Under the pieces are notes generated by a model. That model was not told the DNA's origin, made no database searches, and saw only the letters and a list, made by a program, of their open reading frames with translations. DNA of 64,000 nt, taken from the IMG/VR virus record IMGVR_UViG_3300049617_000088, positions 31,714 to 95,713 of that record; one strand, 5' to 3'. Shown one piece after another: positions 1 to 10,290 of the stretch. Source of the stretch: a virus. How positions within the stretch are numbered: position 1 is the first letter of the stretch; each line of letters begins with the position of its first letter. Both the position numbers and the translations under genes were made by a program.

Positions 1-99
1 TTTTAGACGATTAACTTCTTTTAAGGCAGCTACAGCCTCTGCAATTTTAGAATTAATTTGTGCAGCAATTACATCAAAATCTTTCTCTAAATCACTCAT
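1..99 (-). CDS. Partial gene (N-terminus) of the W-x-S-S-x-x-C paralogue family; runs off the window
   Basis: Manual translation MSDLEKDFDVIAAQINSKIAEAVAALKEVNRLK matches the LE.EF...K..AA..L.EA core of the other members. Confidence 0.6.
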   Translation of the reverse strand, partial: MSDLEKDFDVIAAQINSKIAEAVAALKEVNRLK

Positions 100-258
100 T
101 ATATTCACTTTCTTTTTGATTTGCGGTGGCGCCACAAATAAGACAAATGATCTTTAATTCCTTGCCAGAGTCCCTGACAAGAACAAAAATAGCCGCTCTC
201 TTTAGAAGAACAAGACATAATTAATACCTCGAATATTAAATGTTAAATGAAGTTAAAA

Positions 259-540
259 GGATGCGGGGAAACTCGTTTCGGCAATACAAACCCGGGGGCT
301 TATATCTGTGTTGTTATCTGAGTAGACCGCTTTTGTATAGCCGGAAAATACCACTTATAATGAATAATGTATTGCTACATTATTTCAAACTTCATGATAA
401 GTACGACTAGCTAGCATCGTTATCCTTGGTACCGAACTGTTATTCTTGTCAGAACTCCTAAGCAAGGGTGGCTTTCCGGTAGCGACTCCGGTTCTTATGG
501 GTTTCCATCCCACTAGCTAGGTGCTGCCCAGCCGCGTCTC
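259..540 (-). ncRNA. Candidate structured non-coding RNA, about 280 nt
   Basis: ORF-free and just downstream of a sigma70-like promoter; ends can pair (GACGCGG/CCGCATC); 9-bp hairpin AATAATGTA-GCAA-TACATTATT; two CTAGCTAG copies can pair. Confidence 0.45.
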
Positions 541-551
541 TTATATACTAG

Positions 552-580
552 AATATATATCATAAAAATTACGGTGTCAA
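552..580 (-). promoter_or_regulatory. sigma70-like promoter TTGACA-N17-TATATT
   Basis: Consensus -35 with 17-bp spacer on the minus strand; overlaps a TGATATATA motif. Confidence 0.6.
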
Positions 581-621
581 GCCCCGTCAATTTTTCAAAT
601 AACTGGCACGAACTTTGCAAT

Positions 622-951
622 TCAAGTGTGAGCGGAATTTTGCCAGTCTTTTTGAGATTCCTCAATAATTAACTCGTCTTCAATCTTCTTTAATTCTTCT
701 TCAACGTCGGCGCGGAGCTTTTGCTTTTCAGCTTCTCGACGCGTTTTAATTCTCTTGACTTCTTTTAACTTTTCTCTAGCTAAACCGGCAGCGAATAATG
801 GTAATAATAAAATAGCTAATGGCCAAATGGACGTGCCAACAAGCAAATCATCTGTATCATTATCAGACCAATTGAACCATCCATCTGAAATGAAAGCAAT
901 ACAGGCGCCCGCTATATAAATGCCAGCAATTAATAATATCTAAAATAACAT
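622..951 (-). pseudogene. Membrane protein interrupted by in-frame TAG at 940-942
   Basis: ATG at 951 gives MLF*ILLIAGIYIAG..., in frame with ORF 622..846; similar to 2150..2461. Confidence 0.55.
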
Positions 952-1155
952 TTATGAACTCCCTCTAGTACTTCCCTTTTGCTGTAAACAGTAGAAGCAT
1001 TCCAATATCCCATGGTTCCCATAAGCTGCCACAAACTCATAGTCATGTCTTCCAATCTTACAGAGAATCCTAGAAACAAAAGGATGCTTATGCCAGTTAG
1101 TAATCGGGCGATAGAAACTAATTCTCTCTAGCCAATCCTTAAATCTTTGAAACAT
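952..1155 (-). CDS. Hypothetical protein with LCKIGRHDY...C..C motif
   Basis: ORF track; start taken at MFQRF. Confidence 0.5.
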   Translation of the reverse strand: MFQRFKDWLERISFYRPITNWHKHPFVSRILCKIGRHDYEFVAAYGNHGILECFYCLQQKGSTRGSS

Positions 1156-1318
1156 TTTTATTTTCCAATTCAAATTCCCAATACAAAACTCCATTATCTA
1201 ATTTATAGTAGAATTCTGTTTGTACATTATAAATTGTCTTAAAATAAATTGGGACAATTTTATGTATCTTTTTAGTACGAATTACTATTACTTCATCACC
1301 AACACTGAATTTAGCCAT

Positions 1319-1951
1319 TTATTCGTCCCATTTTGAATCGGAATATTTATGAGTCATCTGGCGCATAAACTCGTGCATAATGATACCGGAAGCGGTACCA
1401 ACATTCAAGCTGCGAACCGAACCATACTGCTCAATATGAACGATGTTTCGACACATAGCTTGCATAGCGGGAGTCAGTCCGACTCCTTCTTCTCCGAGGA
1501 CAAGAAGGGTATTCTTCGTGAAACTATATGAAGAAACGGGAACAGACCCAGGCACGTTATCAACTCCAATAATAACATATTGATCCCTCAATTTAACAAA
1601 ATCTTCTACGGTAGGAAGCCAAGTCACATCCGTGTAATTAAACGTCCCAACTGCCGCCCTTTTATCCCACTTCTTATCGCCCAGATAAAAAACTTCTTTA
1701 GCATTGAAAGCATTAGCATTTCGAACGACAGTGCCGAAATTGAAATCACCAATCAAATGCTCCATGCAAATGGCAAATGGATTAGCCGTTTCACGAAGTT
1801 CCTTCTTGATATCTTCAACTTCCATGCTCTTAAAACGGTCAGCCACATTGTGTTGCCAGGCACCGAAATGCTTATCACCATCGGTAATAGCCGCTTGATG
1901 AGCAAGCGAAGTAGCAGCCAGGTTCGGAGTTGTACTAATCTTCGGTCTCAT
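1319..1951 (-). CDS. SpoU/TrmH-family RNA 2'-O-methyltransferase
   Basis: SPOUT motifs NFGTVVRNA, LGEEGVGL, SLNVGTASGI. Confidence 0.9.
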   Translation of the reverse strand: MRPKISTTPNLAATSLAHQAAITDGDKHFGAWQHNVADRFKSMEVEDIKKELRETANPFAICMEHLIGDFNFGTVVRNANAFNAKEVFYLGDKKWDKRAAVGTFNYTDVTWLPTVEDFVKLRDQYVIIGVDNVPGSVPVSSYSFTKNTLLVLGEEGVGLTPAMQAMCRNIVHIEQYGSVRSLNVGTASGIIMHEFMRQMTHKYSDSKWDE

Positions 1952-2149
1952 GATCTTTCAATTCGCTATATAGTTATTACCAAACAAAACATTTGCAGCC
2001 TCTTTTGCCACCGCAAGTGTCATTATATTCGCCACAAGTCTTACAAAAATTGTAAGTCCAACCTTCAATCTTAGATAATATCTTTAAGACTTCTGCCGGT
2101 GTAGCTTCGGCAAGAGCATGTTCCAATTCTTCTTCCCACTTCTCTTGAC

Positions 2150-2461
2150 TCATAATCTTCTCTGTTGTTGTATTTCTGCCTCTACCTGCTCCATAGCAGT
2201 CTCTACTTCTCGCTCTGCGGCAACACGAAGCTGTCTTTGATGCTCCTGTTTAGCGATCCTGGTTTCCTTTAAATTTCTTGTATATCTAGCAAAACCAAAA
2301 ACAGCAAGAATAGGAACAGCAATTGACCAAAAAACTGCAACTAAAGCTAAAGGTGGATCATTATATCCATCAAAATCATAACCAAGTCCCACCAGTGCAT
2401 CGAACAAACAGAATCCGATTATAGCAGAAATATATAATCCGATAAATAATAGCGCAATCAT
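2150..2461 (-). CDS. Two-TM membrane protein with coiled-coil tail
   Basis: Hydrophobic segments; abuts neighbouring genes. Confidence 0.6.
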   Translation of the reverse strand: MIALLFIGLYISAIIGFCLFDALVGLGYDFDGYNDPPLALVAVFWSIAVPILAVFGFARYTRNLKETRIAKQEHQRQLRVAAEREVETAMEQVEAEIQQQRRL

Positions 2462-3264
2462 TTTAAATTAAAAACCTTTTGAACATTTTTAGAAAGAGAT
2501 TGTATTGAAAATGCGTCACCAAATTCCCAAATTTGATTTAGTGTATCATGATATGATTTTTGATCTGAAATAGGGAAATCTGTCCCAAATAATAACTTAT
2601 CACTCCCAGCTATTTCTAGGAATTGACCAATCATAATTTTAAATTTTCTAAGATCATCAGCTCGAAATTTACCATAAACGAATCCTGAAATGTCTGTATA
2701 AACATTAGCATTCTTATAACAAACTTCTGCCGTATCCGTCACCCAAGGGAAGCCAACGTGGGCGATAACGAATTTAACATCATCATAATCGACAGCAGCT
2801 TCATCAATATTAAGTGGATGAGAGTATTTTAACTTAGCTTTCTTAACAGAGTTAAGACAGTCTCCGCAATGGAAAATAGCTGGAATCTTTAACTGGCTAC
2901 ATAGTTCTAATGGATTATGATAGATCGCTGAAACAGGAGCGTCTTTTTCATTATCATATAAATCATGGGGATAATAATGTTCGTAGCCAGTGTAGAATTT
3001 GATACCAACAACTTCATTATCCATGGCTTGCTTCTCAAAATCCACCCAACGAAAGTTAGGGTGATGATACGCCATTACGCCATACAATCTATCTCTATGA
3101 GGTTTAATCTGCTCTAACATCCAGTCGTTAGGACAATCATTTAGTTCGCCTGCAAAGACTAAAGACTTATCAATCTTAGCATTATCCATGGATTTCAGAA
3201 GCTGTTTGACCGAACAATTGATATGTTCGTTGCGACCTAAATGCGTATGAGAATCGATTATCAT
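2458..3264 (-). CDS. Amidohydrolase_2-family metallohydrolase
   Basis: IIDSHTHLG, FHCG, IAHVGFPW, YTDISG, LLFGTDFP. Confidence 0.9.
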   Translation of the reverse strand: MIIDSHTHLGRNEHINCSVKQLLKSMDNAKIDKSLVFAGELNDCPNDWMLEQIKPHRDRLYGVMAYHHPNFRWVDFEKQAMDNEVVGIKFYTGYEHYYPHDLYDNEKDAPVSAIYHNPLELCSQLKIPAIFHCGDCLNSVKKAKLKYSHPLNIDEAAVDYDDVKFVIAHVGFPWVTDTAEVCYKNANVYTDISGFVYGKFRADDLRKFKIMIGQFLEIAGSDKLLFGTDFPISDQKSYHDTLNQIWEFGDAFSIQSLSKNVQKVFNLK

Positions 3265-3532
3265 TTTAATTTCTCTTCTAAAATCTGTGTTATCAATTCG
3301 GGCGGCTCAACTGCCAAATTTGTTTTGCGCATCACATCGCCAATCAATTTCCCAAGAACCTGAGTCTTACCCTTCTTGTAAGCTTCTACAATCTTGGGTT
3401 CAATTCAATCGCCTCATCACAAAAAATAGCAACAATTTCGGAGTCAGTTATCGTTCCCATGAACCCACATTCAAGAATAGCTTTCTTGATAAACGGACAT
3501 TCAATTTGAACAATCCAACTATAATCATCCAT
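3261..3532 (-). pseudogene. Stand-alone GatB/YqeY-like tRNA-binding domain, frameshifted near 3395; absent from the ORF track
   Basis: Adding one base joins ...CDEAIELNP to KIVEAYKKGKTQVLGKLIGDVMRKT...PELITQILEEKLK, a typical GatB C-terminal pattern. Confidence 0.7.
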
Positions 3533-3575
3533 ATAGAGACTCTTTATATTTATTCAACACAAAGAGTCTTATTAG

Positions 3576-4166
3576 TTAAGAGGCTATCTTGCTCAATTCA
3601 AGAAAACACTTCTCAAGAATATTATATTCTTGAGGCGTTCTTGTTGAACGAACATGGGGGCAGTTTATAACAGATAAAAGTGCCGCTTTAGCTGCTCTGA
3701 GGTTCTTAGTAGCAGCCCCTTTCTGTCCAGCAACAACTTTGCTAGGAGCAGGTGAGGAGGCTTGAGGTACTTGAATTACCGGCATAGGAACCGCCTTTTT
3801 TTGTGGTAACGGTGTAACAGTAAAGCCACTTTTCTGAAAAGCCTGAGCCATCGTTGTCGGCGCCTTAACTGCTGCTACTGCCGGTTTCGGTTGGCTTGGC
3901 TTTTGTGTCAGATCGTCCCAAAACAAACTTTCGGGCGCAATCTTCCAATCACCGTACTTATCTTGGTAAGCTCGTCCATGAAAAGTAAACCCTTCAATCT
4001 TAGAGAGTAAAGAGGAGTGAACGCCTACACGCTCCAAGAAATCGTCGCGATGATCGAGAGTGTATGCGGATCGTATATGGATCTTCGTGCCCTTCAGGGA
4101 AGTGTTTTCCCAAGTAACCTCGGACCATTCTCCATCATCTCTCGCTTGTCTAACAACTAGTTTCAC
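3576..4166 (-). CDS. Hypothetical protein with Pro/Ala/Lys-rich linker
   Basis: ORF track, 196 aa. Confidence 0.6.
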   Translation of the reverse strand: MKLVVRQARDDGEWSEVTWENTSLKGTKIHIRSAYTLDHRDDFLERVGVHSSLLSKIEGFTFHGRAYQDKYGDWKIAPESLFWDDLTQKPSQPKPAVAAVKAPTTMAQAFQKSGFTVTPLPQKKAVPMPVIQVPQASSPAPSKVVAGQKGAATKNLRAAKAALLSVINCPHVRSTRTPQEYNILEKCFLELSKIAS

Positions 4167-4202
4167 AATTTGATCAGTTATAATATTATCTTTCGTAATG
4201 TG

Positions 4203-4814
4203 TTAAAACCAAGATAGTATTGAAACAATTTTTCGATACCATTTGGGTTTACCAGTAACCATGCAATGGGAATTCCAATACACAATCGACTTGGCAAACT
4301 GTTCCGCCGTGAAATCACCTTGAGTCCCGCCTGCTAAATGCAGAAAATTACGAGCCATGGTATAAGGATCCATTGGTTCTTCTTCCTTATCTGTTCTCGC
4401 TTTAATACAAACAATCTCCCACTCTGCCTCTGTTTCGCGCTCGTTGTTCTCAGCTAATACATCGTGACGATAAAGAACAAAAGAAACGTGCTTAGCAAGC
4501 TGCTTCTTAGCTTTAGCTGAAACCCTAATGAAGGGTACTTCGCCTTCTCTGCGAGGTGCAAAGTTAGCAGTAAGCCTACTCTTATTATCTAAAGAAACAA
4601 TAGCGGAATAGAATTTACGATGGCTCCATCCATAATCCATGTCAACCAGAATTACCCCGTCTCTATATCCTGGTCGAACTAATTGTGACTTACTTAAAGA
4701 GCCCTCTACAATATGTTCCAACTCTTTCCAGGTTCCCTCAAAATGAGAATGTCCTGATTCTTTGGTTTGCCTTTTAACAAAAGCACCACAAGCCACTTTC
4801 TTTGAAAATTTCAT
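4203..4814 (-). CDS. DUF3228-like protein
   Basis: PGYRDGV, RREGE, VLYRHDVL, EPMDPYTMARN...GGT, YW motifs. Confidence 0.7.
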   Translation of the reverse strand: MKFSKKVACGAFVKRQTKESGHSHFEGTWKELEHIVEGSLSKSQLVRPGYRDGVILVDMDYGWSHRKFYSAIVSLDNKSRLTANFAPRREGEVPFIRVSAKAKKQLAKHVSFVLYRHDVLAENNERETEAEWEIVCIKARTDKEEEPMDPYTMARNFLHLAGGTQGDFTAEQFAKSIVYWNSHCMVTGKPKWYRKIVSILSWF

Positions 4815-5299
4815 ATTACCATTCTTTAGTTAAAAGAGTATTTAATTTCTTCATCGCCCTATCGAATCTTTCGCGGGGAGACTCAAAAACAGAACCAGAT
4901 TCGTGTTCAAGAAGTACTCGAATGAATTCTTTATTTTGTTCAGCAATTCTTTCTACAGTTTGAAAATCACTCTCACTCATTTCGCGTCCCGCTTTGACAG
5001 CTAGGTTGCTAATTTTATCTAGAATATCTAGAGCGTAGATAGCCTCTTTCAAAATATCCTTAGCATTTACTTTTCCCCAATTGTCCGGCATCTAACTCTC
5101 CCAAGATAAATCAATTCTGCGTGATGTTTCGTTATCAAATTCCAAATCAGACCAGCCACAACCTTCAAGAAAAGAAGTGTACATAGACCTATAATAATAG
5201 GCTTGTTCCATCGAGCGGGAAGCAGCCATCCGTATAATGAAATGGTCAACTTGCATCGCTACTATATCATAAGGAATACGAGGCATTGATACCTACAAT

Positions 5300-5672
5300 T
5301 TAATCTTCGTCTTGAGCACCCTGCAAAACGCGCAAAGCATCTTCCAAAGCTTCTGTAATCTCATCTACCGTTTCTCTTTTAACTTGACTTGTTTGTTTAA
5401 GAAAATGAATATCAAGACGAAGATGTTCAGCCAAAGGTTCCCAAGCAGGAATGACTTTGGCGGGTGAAGTGAACGTGTTGCCGTATGAATTATCTTTTTG
5501 GATAAAATCTAAACTCTCACAGGCTTTTTTTTTCTGTTTCATAAATGTCAGCGTAAAAAGCATCTTCGGAGCGAAACCAACCATGTGCTCCACCTAACCA
5601 AGTACCATCCACAAACTGTACTGCCCAACCTGGATGTGATTTTTGTTCATGCCTTTTATCTTTACGATTCAT
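5300..5672 (-). pseudogene. Hypothetical protein with a frameshift in the T9 run at 5525-5533
   Basis: ATG at 5672 overlaps the upstream stop; MNRKDKRHEQKSHPGWAVQF...YETEKK joins ACESLDF if one base is removed. Confidence 0.55.
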
Positions 5673-6694
5673 GAGTTGACCAAATTTAACCTATTAACTA
5701 TTTCCTGCATCTTGGTAGCATCAAAAGCCAAGTTCATTCTAACCATCCCTGGCACCCCAAACAAGTCCCCGTTAATAAAATTAATTTTCGACTTGACAAA
5801 GTCGGCTTTATTTCCAACTTTAAACCAGCCAAACATTCCAGGTATTTGCTCGATATCTGAATTAACTTCTAGAATCTCTGTATTAACTTGCTTAATAATT
5901 CTTTTGGATTCTTGTAGGGCAGCGTAGGCTTGACCCTCAAAACTTTCCGTCAAAGTAGGATAGCCCTGCATTCTATTCATCAAATCATAAAGAAAGACTT
6001 GAGAGACCATCGAGACCCCCACCGTCATGGCTTCCATATATTGTAGAATCAAAGTGTAAAATTCTTTGTTGGGACAAACGACGTAGCCCAGCCTAAGACC
6101 AGAAAGACCCAGCATCTTACTTATAGAATAAATCTGAACATCACCAAAAGATTTTAATTGGTAACTAGGATCTATATAAGAGTGAGTATAATAAGCTGCA
6201 TCATGAATAAGTGGAATATGTCTCTCTTTTTCTAAAGAAAGATTACAAGCAATTTTTAATAGTTCCACATTAAAAATGAATCCATCAGGATTATTAGGAG
6301 ATAATGCTAAAAAACTATCCCAAAAATTAGTATTATCATTAATACATTTAAGTCCATGCATTTCAGCAAGAGGAGGTATGAGAGCCCAAAAAGGATTCCT
6401 CATACCTAATCTTTCTTTTTTCATTTGTTTAAGGGCATAGAAGCAAGCGCCTAATCCCTGTTTAGCCCCATTAGTAATAATCACTGGAGCCTGATGTTTC
6501 TGTTCTAACAACTGAACTAATGGTTTATAGCCTTGCGAAGGGGGATACTCAAAGAGATGATCTATCTTGGGCAATTCATAGACAGATAGATCAAATACTT
6601 TGAAAAGAGTATCCCTAACCACATGAGGTTCGCCAACGGAAACGTCAATCCAATCCGGTGGTAGTTGTGGTTTCGCAAGCAATATATCACTCAT
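5669..6694 (-). CDS. PLP-dependent aminotransferase, class I/II
   Basis: TNGAKQGL, SPNNPDG, HDAAY, SISKMLGLSGLRLG (PLP lysine). Confidence 0.9.
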   Translation of the reverse strand: MSDILLAKPQLPPDWIDVSVGEPHVVRDTLFKVFDLSVYELPKIDHLFEYPPSQGYKPLVQLLEQKHQAPVIITNGAKQGLGACFYALKQMKKERLGMRNPFWALIPPLAEMHGLKCINDNTNFWDSFLALSPNNPDGFIFNVELLKIACNLSLEKERHIPLIHDAAYYTHSYIDPSYQLKSFGDVQIYSISKMLGLSGLRLGYVVCPNKEFYTLILQYMEAMTVGVSMVSQVFLYDLMNRMQGYPTLTESFEGQAYAALQESKRIIKQVNTEILEVNSDIEQIPGMFGWFKVGNKADFVKSKINFINGDLFGVPGMVRMNLAFDATKMQEIVNRLNLVNS

Positions 6695-6915
6695 TGTCTT
6701 TTTCTTTTTGAATCTTTAGAGCCTCTTCATGAGAATAAAGAATAGTTTTATCATCCTTATAATCATCACCGGGAGCTACATAATATTTATCTGGAATGCC
6801 ACATAATGTGATCCAACCTCTAGCCCCTAGATAAGTCATCTCAGCTCTCCATAGAAGACGACAAGCTTCTTCTTTAGAATAATTTCTAATATCCAAAGGA
6901 TGTAGTTCTTTCATT

Positions 6916-8529
6916 TTACTTTTCTGGTCTAAGAGTTGGAAACAAGATAACATCCTTGATGGATGTAGTATTGGTTAACAACATAACCAATCGATCAATT
7001 CCCATTCCAAACCCAATAGCAGGCGGCATTCCATGTTCAAGCGCTTCAACATAGTCAGCATCATATGCCATTGGATCTTTACTATTATTTTCCAGTTGTT
7101 CTTGGAAACGTAACGCCTGTTCATCAGGATCATTTAACTCTTGAAATGCATTCGCTAATTCGCGACCCTCAACATACAATTCAAAACGGTCACAAATCTG
7201 TGAGTTGTTATCTCTAGAGCGTGCAAGAGGGCTAATCTCCTTAGGAAACTGAGTAATAAAAACAGGACATGAATGCTTGCCGTCAGCCGTACGATAGTCC
7301 TCGGTAAGAAAAGGCTCAGCTACATATTCAAAAAGGACTGCAAACTTTTCTCCAGTAGATTGACATTCCACCAGAGAATTAAACATTCCTTTGACATCAA
7401 TCTTTTGAAGACGAGTATTATTTGGATCAGAAAAGTTTACACTCTCAAGATCGCCAGAGTTATTAAGAGCAAAGAACAGTGCTAGAGATGCCTTGTCACA
7501 AGCATTCACTACTGCTCTTGACATTGGCATCTCGACGAACTGAGAGAAAGTAAACGGTCTTTCATCATACCACTTATGATAAAAAGGACGAACCACTTCT
7601 GGTAATTCAATCTGACAATATGGATTGATGTGAATTAAAAGCTCCTTGGTATAAGCAATTAGCTCCTTGAAATTACCATAAGCCTGATAGCTTTCCATCA
7701 TAGTAAACTCAGGGTTATGTCGAGTATCAATACCCTCGTTACGATAGTTGCGACCAATCTCATATACCCTATCGAGACCACCAACTAATAATCTCTTGAG
7801 ATAAAGCTCGGGAGCAATCCTCAATGCAAGAGGAATGTCCAAAGCATTGTGGTGTGTCATAAAAGGCTTGGCATTAGCGCCGCTCGCCACACTGTTGAGG
7901 GTTGAAGTCTCAACTTCCAAGAAGTTCTTCTCTTCCATAAACTGTCGAATAGCTCGGATGATATAAGTACGAACCGTAAAACGGGCACGACTCTCTTCCG
8001 AAGACATCAGATCTAAATACCTCTTACGGTACTTGAGTTCTTCGTCAGCAATGCCCGCAAACTTCTCAGGAGGAGGGCGATGTGCCTTGGTCAAAAGCCT
8101 GAGACCATAAAGTAAAAGAGATCTCTCACCCGACTTAGATAGACAAGGAACTCCCCCTGCTTCCACAATATCTCCCAAATCAAATAACTTAAGACCATCG
8201 TACTCAGCGAAGGCAGCCTTACTAACAATCAATTGAACCGAACCAGTTGAGTCAGTAACCTTGATAAAAGTAATAGCGCCCGACTTGCGGAAAGCAGTAA
8301 TACGACCATGAATAGAATACTTCGGAACTTCACCTAGCTCTGCGGGCACAATGGTAGTCTTAAGCTTACCAGCATCTTGCTTACTTTGCATATAAGTCAG
8401 CAAGTAAACAATACTGGTATGATTAATAAAAGGTAAAGAACTGGGATCAACCGCTAGGGGATAGGTTCCGCCATTAGCTTCTTGGTGCTTATCCTTACGA
8501 ATCTGGATGAGAGTATCTTCGGATGACAT
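6916..8529 (-). CDS. lysS: Lysine--tRNA ligase, class II
   Basis: OB-fold N-terminus, YRKRYLDL, LRIAPELYLKRL, RNEGIDTRHNPEFTMME, ELANAFQELNDP, GMPPAIGFGMGIDRL. Confidence 0.97.
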   Translation of the reverse strand: MSSEDTLIQIRKDKHQEANGGTYPLAVDPSSLPFINHTSIVYLLTYMQSKQDAGKLKTTIVPAELGEVPKYSIHGRITAFRKSGAITFIKVTDSTGSVQLIVSKAAFAEYDGLKLFDLGDIVEAGGVPCLSKSGERSLLLYGLRLLTKAHRPPPEKFAGIADEELKYRKRYLDLMSSEESRARFTVRTYIIRAIRQFMEEKNFLEVETSTLNSVASGANAKPFMTHHNALDIPLALRIAPELYLKRLLVGGLDRVYEIGRNYRNEGIDTRHNPEFTMMESYQAYGNFKELIAYTKELLIHINPYCQIELPEVVRPFYHKWYDERPFTFSQFVEMPMSRAVVNACDKASLALFFALNNSGDLESVNFSDPNNTRLQKIDVKGMFNSLVECQSTGEKFAVLFEYVAEPFLTEDYRTADGKHSCPVFITQFPKEISPLARSRDNNSQICDRFELYVEGRELANAFQELNDPDEQALRFQEQLENNSKDPMAYDADYVEALEHGMPPAIGFGMGIDRLVMLLTNTTSIKDVILFPTLRPEK

Positions 8530-8559
8530 AGTGTCCTGTGAATATTTCGATATTTGTTT

Positions 8560-9225
8560 ATGGTTTTAGGTTACAATATTAAACAAAGAATCCAGCAGCT
8601 TGAAGCTTTAGGGGCTAAGAAACTTTCCTTACCCTATAAAGAAATTCCAGGTGTTATTTCTGCCAGAGCTTTAGAAGAACATCTCAAGCTTTTTGAGGGC
8701 TATAAAGATTTATTAAAACGAATTGATGCCCGTTTCGAAACCATGAGTAAAGATGATGTCCCTAAAAAGACTGCCTGGGATCATTCTTTCCGTGCCATTA
8801 AACAAGCCGAAACTTATGCTCTAGGCGGAATCTTATTGCACGATTTATTCTTCAATAACTTAACCACCGAGACCTCAGATTGCAAGGGCTTGGAAATTGA
8901 AAAGTTTATTAAAGGGCAAGGCTTCGCTTCTCTATCAGAGTGGAAACACTGTATGCGCGGTAGCTTAATGGAAGCTAGGGGTTGGGTAATCTTTTCTATA
9001 GATGACCAAGGCGACTATCGTATTTTATTATTAGATGCTCACGATGAAGGAGCAATGTTTGGTCAGACTCCATTGATAGTCATAGATGTTTATGAACACG
9101 CCTACTGGATGGATCATGGAGTTGATCGTGCTACTTATGTGGATGGTATTTTTAAACACCTCAACTGGGAAGAGATCAACCAAAGATATTTGGACGCACG
9201 TGCGCGTCTCAGTGAATCCGTTTAA
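8560..9225 (+). CDS. Fe/Mn superoxide dismutase-family protein
   Basis: EEHLKLF, LHDLFF, DVYEHAYWMD metal ligands. Confidence 0.85.
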   Translation: MVLGYNIKQRIQQLEALGAKKLSLPYKEIPGVISARALEEHLKLFEGYKDLLKRIDARFETMSKDDVPKKTAWDHSFRAIKQAETYALGGILLHDLFFNNLTTETSDCKGLEIEKFIKGQGFASLSEWKHCMRGSLMEARGWVIFSIDDQGDYRILLLDAHDEGAMFGQTPLIVIDVYEHAYWMDHGVDRATYVDGIFKHLNWEEINQRYLDARARLSESV

Positions 9226-9511
9226 CTTTACGAACTACTTTAACAATACGACACTTGGTTGGATCGAAAGTAGATGGCGCTGTATCAGAAGGGGGTTCAA
9301 GAAGAGAATCATAACCAGAATAGTTACGGATAGCAACTTCGCGCTCTCTAATGTCATCAGCCATTTCTTTGTCACCAAATCTAACTGCTAGCTTTCTATT
9401 TTCAGTCAGCATATTTTCAACCTTAGAAAAAGGATTGAAAGATTTCCTGCTCATGTATGGTGCGTAATACTTGTCCTCATATTTAAGAACGTAATAAAGA
9501 GTTTCTTTCAT
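9209..9511 (-). CDS. Hypothetical protein
   Basis: ORF track. Confidence 0.55.
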   Translation of the reverse strand: MKETLYYVLKYEDKYYAPYMSRKSFNPFSKVENMLTENRKLAVRFGDKEMADDIREREVAIRNYSGYDSLLEPPSDTAPSTFDPTKCRIVKVVRKVKRIH

Positions 9512-9544
9512 AATCTTACCTAATTGTTAATATTAAATTATACT

Positions 9545-9580
9545 TGGTGGGCATGGAGGGAGTCGAACCCTCATGACCCA
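9545..9580 (-). pseudogene. Orphan tRNA 3' half (T-arm, acceptor strand, CCA)
   Basis: GAGGG-TTCGACT-CCCTC-CATGCCC-A-CCA; no matching GGGCATG 5' strand nearby upstream. Confidence 0.7.
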
Positions 9581-9796
9581 TATAACCTTATCGATCAAAT
9601 ATGAAGCATGCATGCTTCGTAATAACGTCCAGCGAAGATTCCATGAATATGTTTTCAAGTAAACATAAAATGTCGCTTGGCGATGAAGAAAGGGTTTGAA
9701 TTAACAACTCCTATATAATACTGGGTAGACTATACCACCATACTTATAAACCAAATTAGTAGTGGGTAATCATATTCGATTGATACATAGTTATGT

Positions 9797-10288
9797 ATGC
9801 CAAGTGTAGCTTACAAAGTAAACGATAAAAAATTTTCCGAAGCTGTAAAATCATCCACATCCATCAGACAAGTACTAATGAAACTAGGGCTAAACGAAAC
9901 CGGAAGTGCTTACAGAGTTTTTAAAAAGAGAATAAAAATATTAAAACTCGATATTTCACATTTTACGGGACAAGGACATTTACGTGGCAAATCTCATAAC
10001 TGGGCAATTAAACAGCCAATTGAAGAAATACTGATTGAGAACAGTACTTACGCCAATATTGCCAGTCTGAAGAATAGGCTCGTCAATGAGCATATTGTTC
10101 AATATAAATGTTCTGAATGTGCAATAACTAATGAATGGAATAATAAACCGATAGCATTACAACTCGATCATATTAACGGTATCTATGATGATCATAGAAT
10201 TGAGAATCTTAGGTTTTTATGTCCCAATTGTCATTCACAAACTTCTACTTTTGCTTTTGCTGGTAAAAATATTGGGAAGAATAAATAA
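9797..10288 (+). CDS. Free-standing HNH endonuclease
   Basis: CSEC...LQLDHING..DDHRIENLRFLCPNCH; paralogue of 20152..20652. Confidence 0.9.
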   Translation: MPSVAYKVNDKKFSEAVKSSTSIRQVLMKLGLNETGSAYRVFKKRIKILKLDISHFTGQGHLRGKSHNWAIKQPIEEILIENSTYANIASLKNRLVNEHIVQYKCSECAITNEWNNKPIALQLDHINGIYDDHRIENLRFLCPNCHSQTSTFAFAGKNIGKNK

Positions 10289-10290
10289 AT

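Noticed and set aside
259-540. RNase P RNA or tmRNA
   Set aside because: No GAGGAAAGUC or ACAGAA-CGGCUUA conserved regions and no alanine acceptor with CCA.
5594-5596. In-frame TAG upstream of ORF 5300..5593
   Set aside because: A better reading starts at 5672 in another frame and needs only one homopolymer correction.
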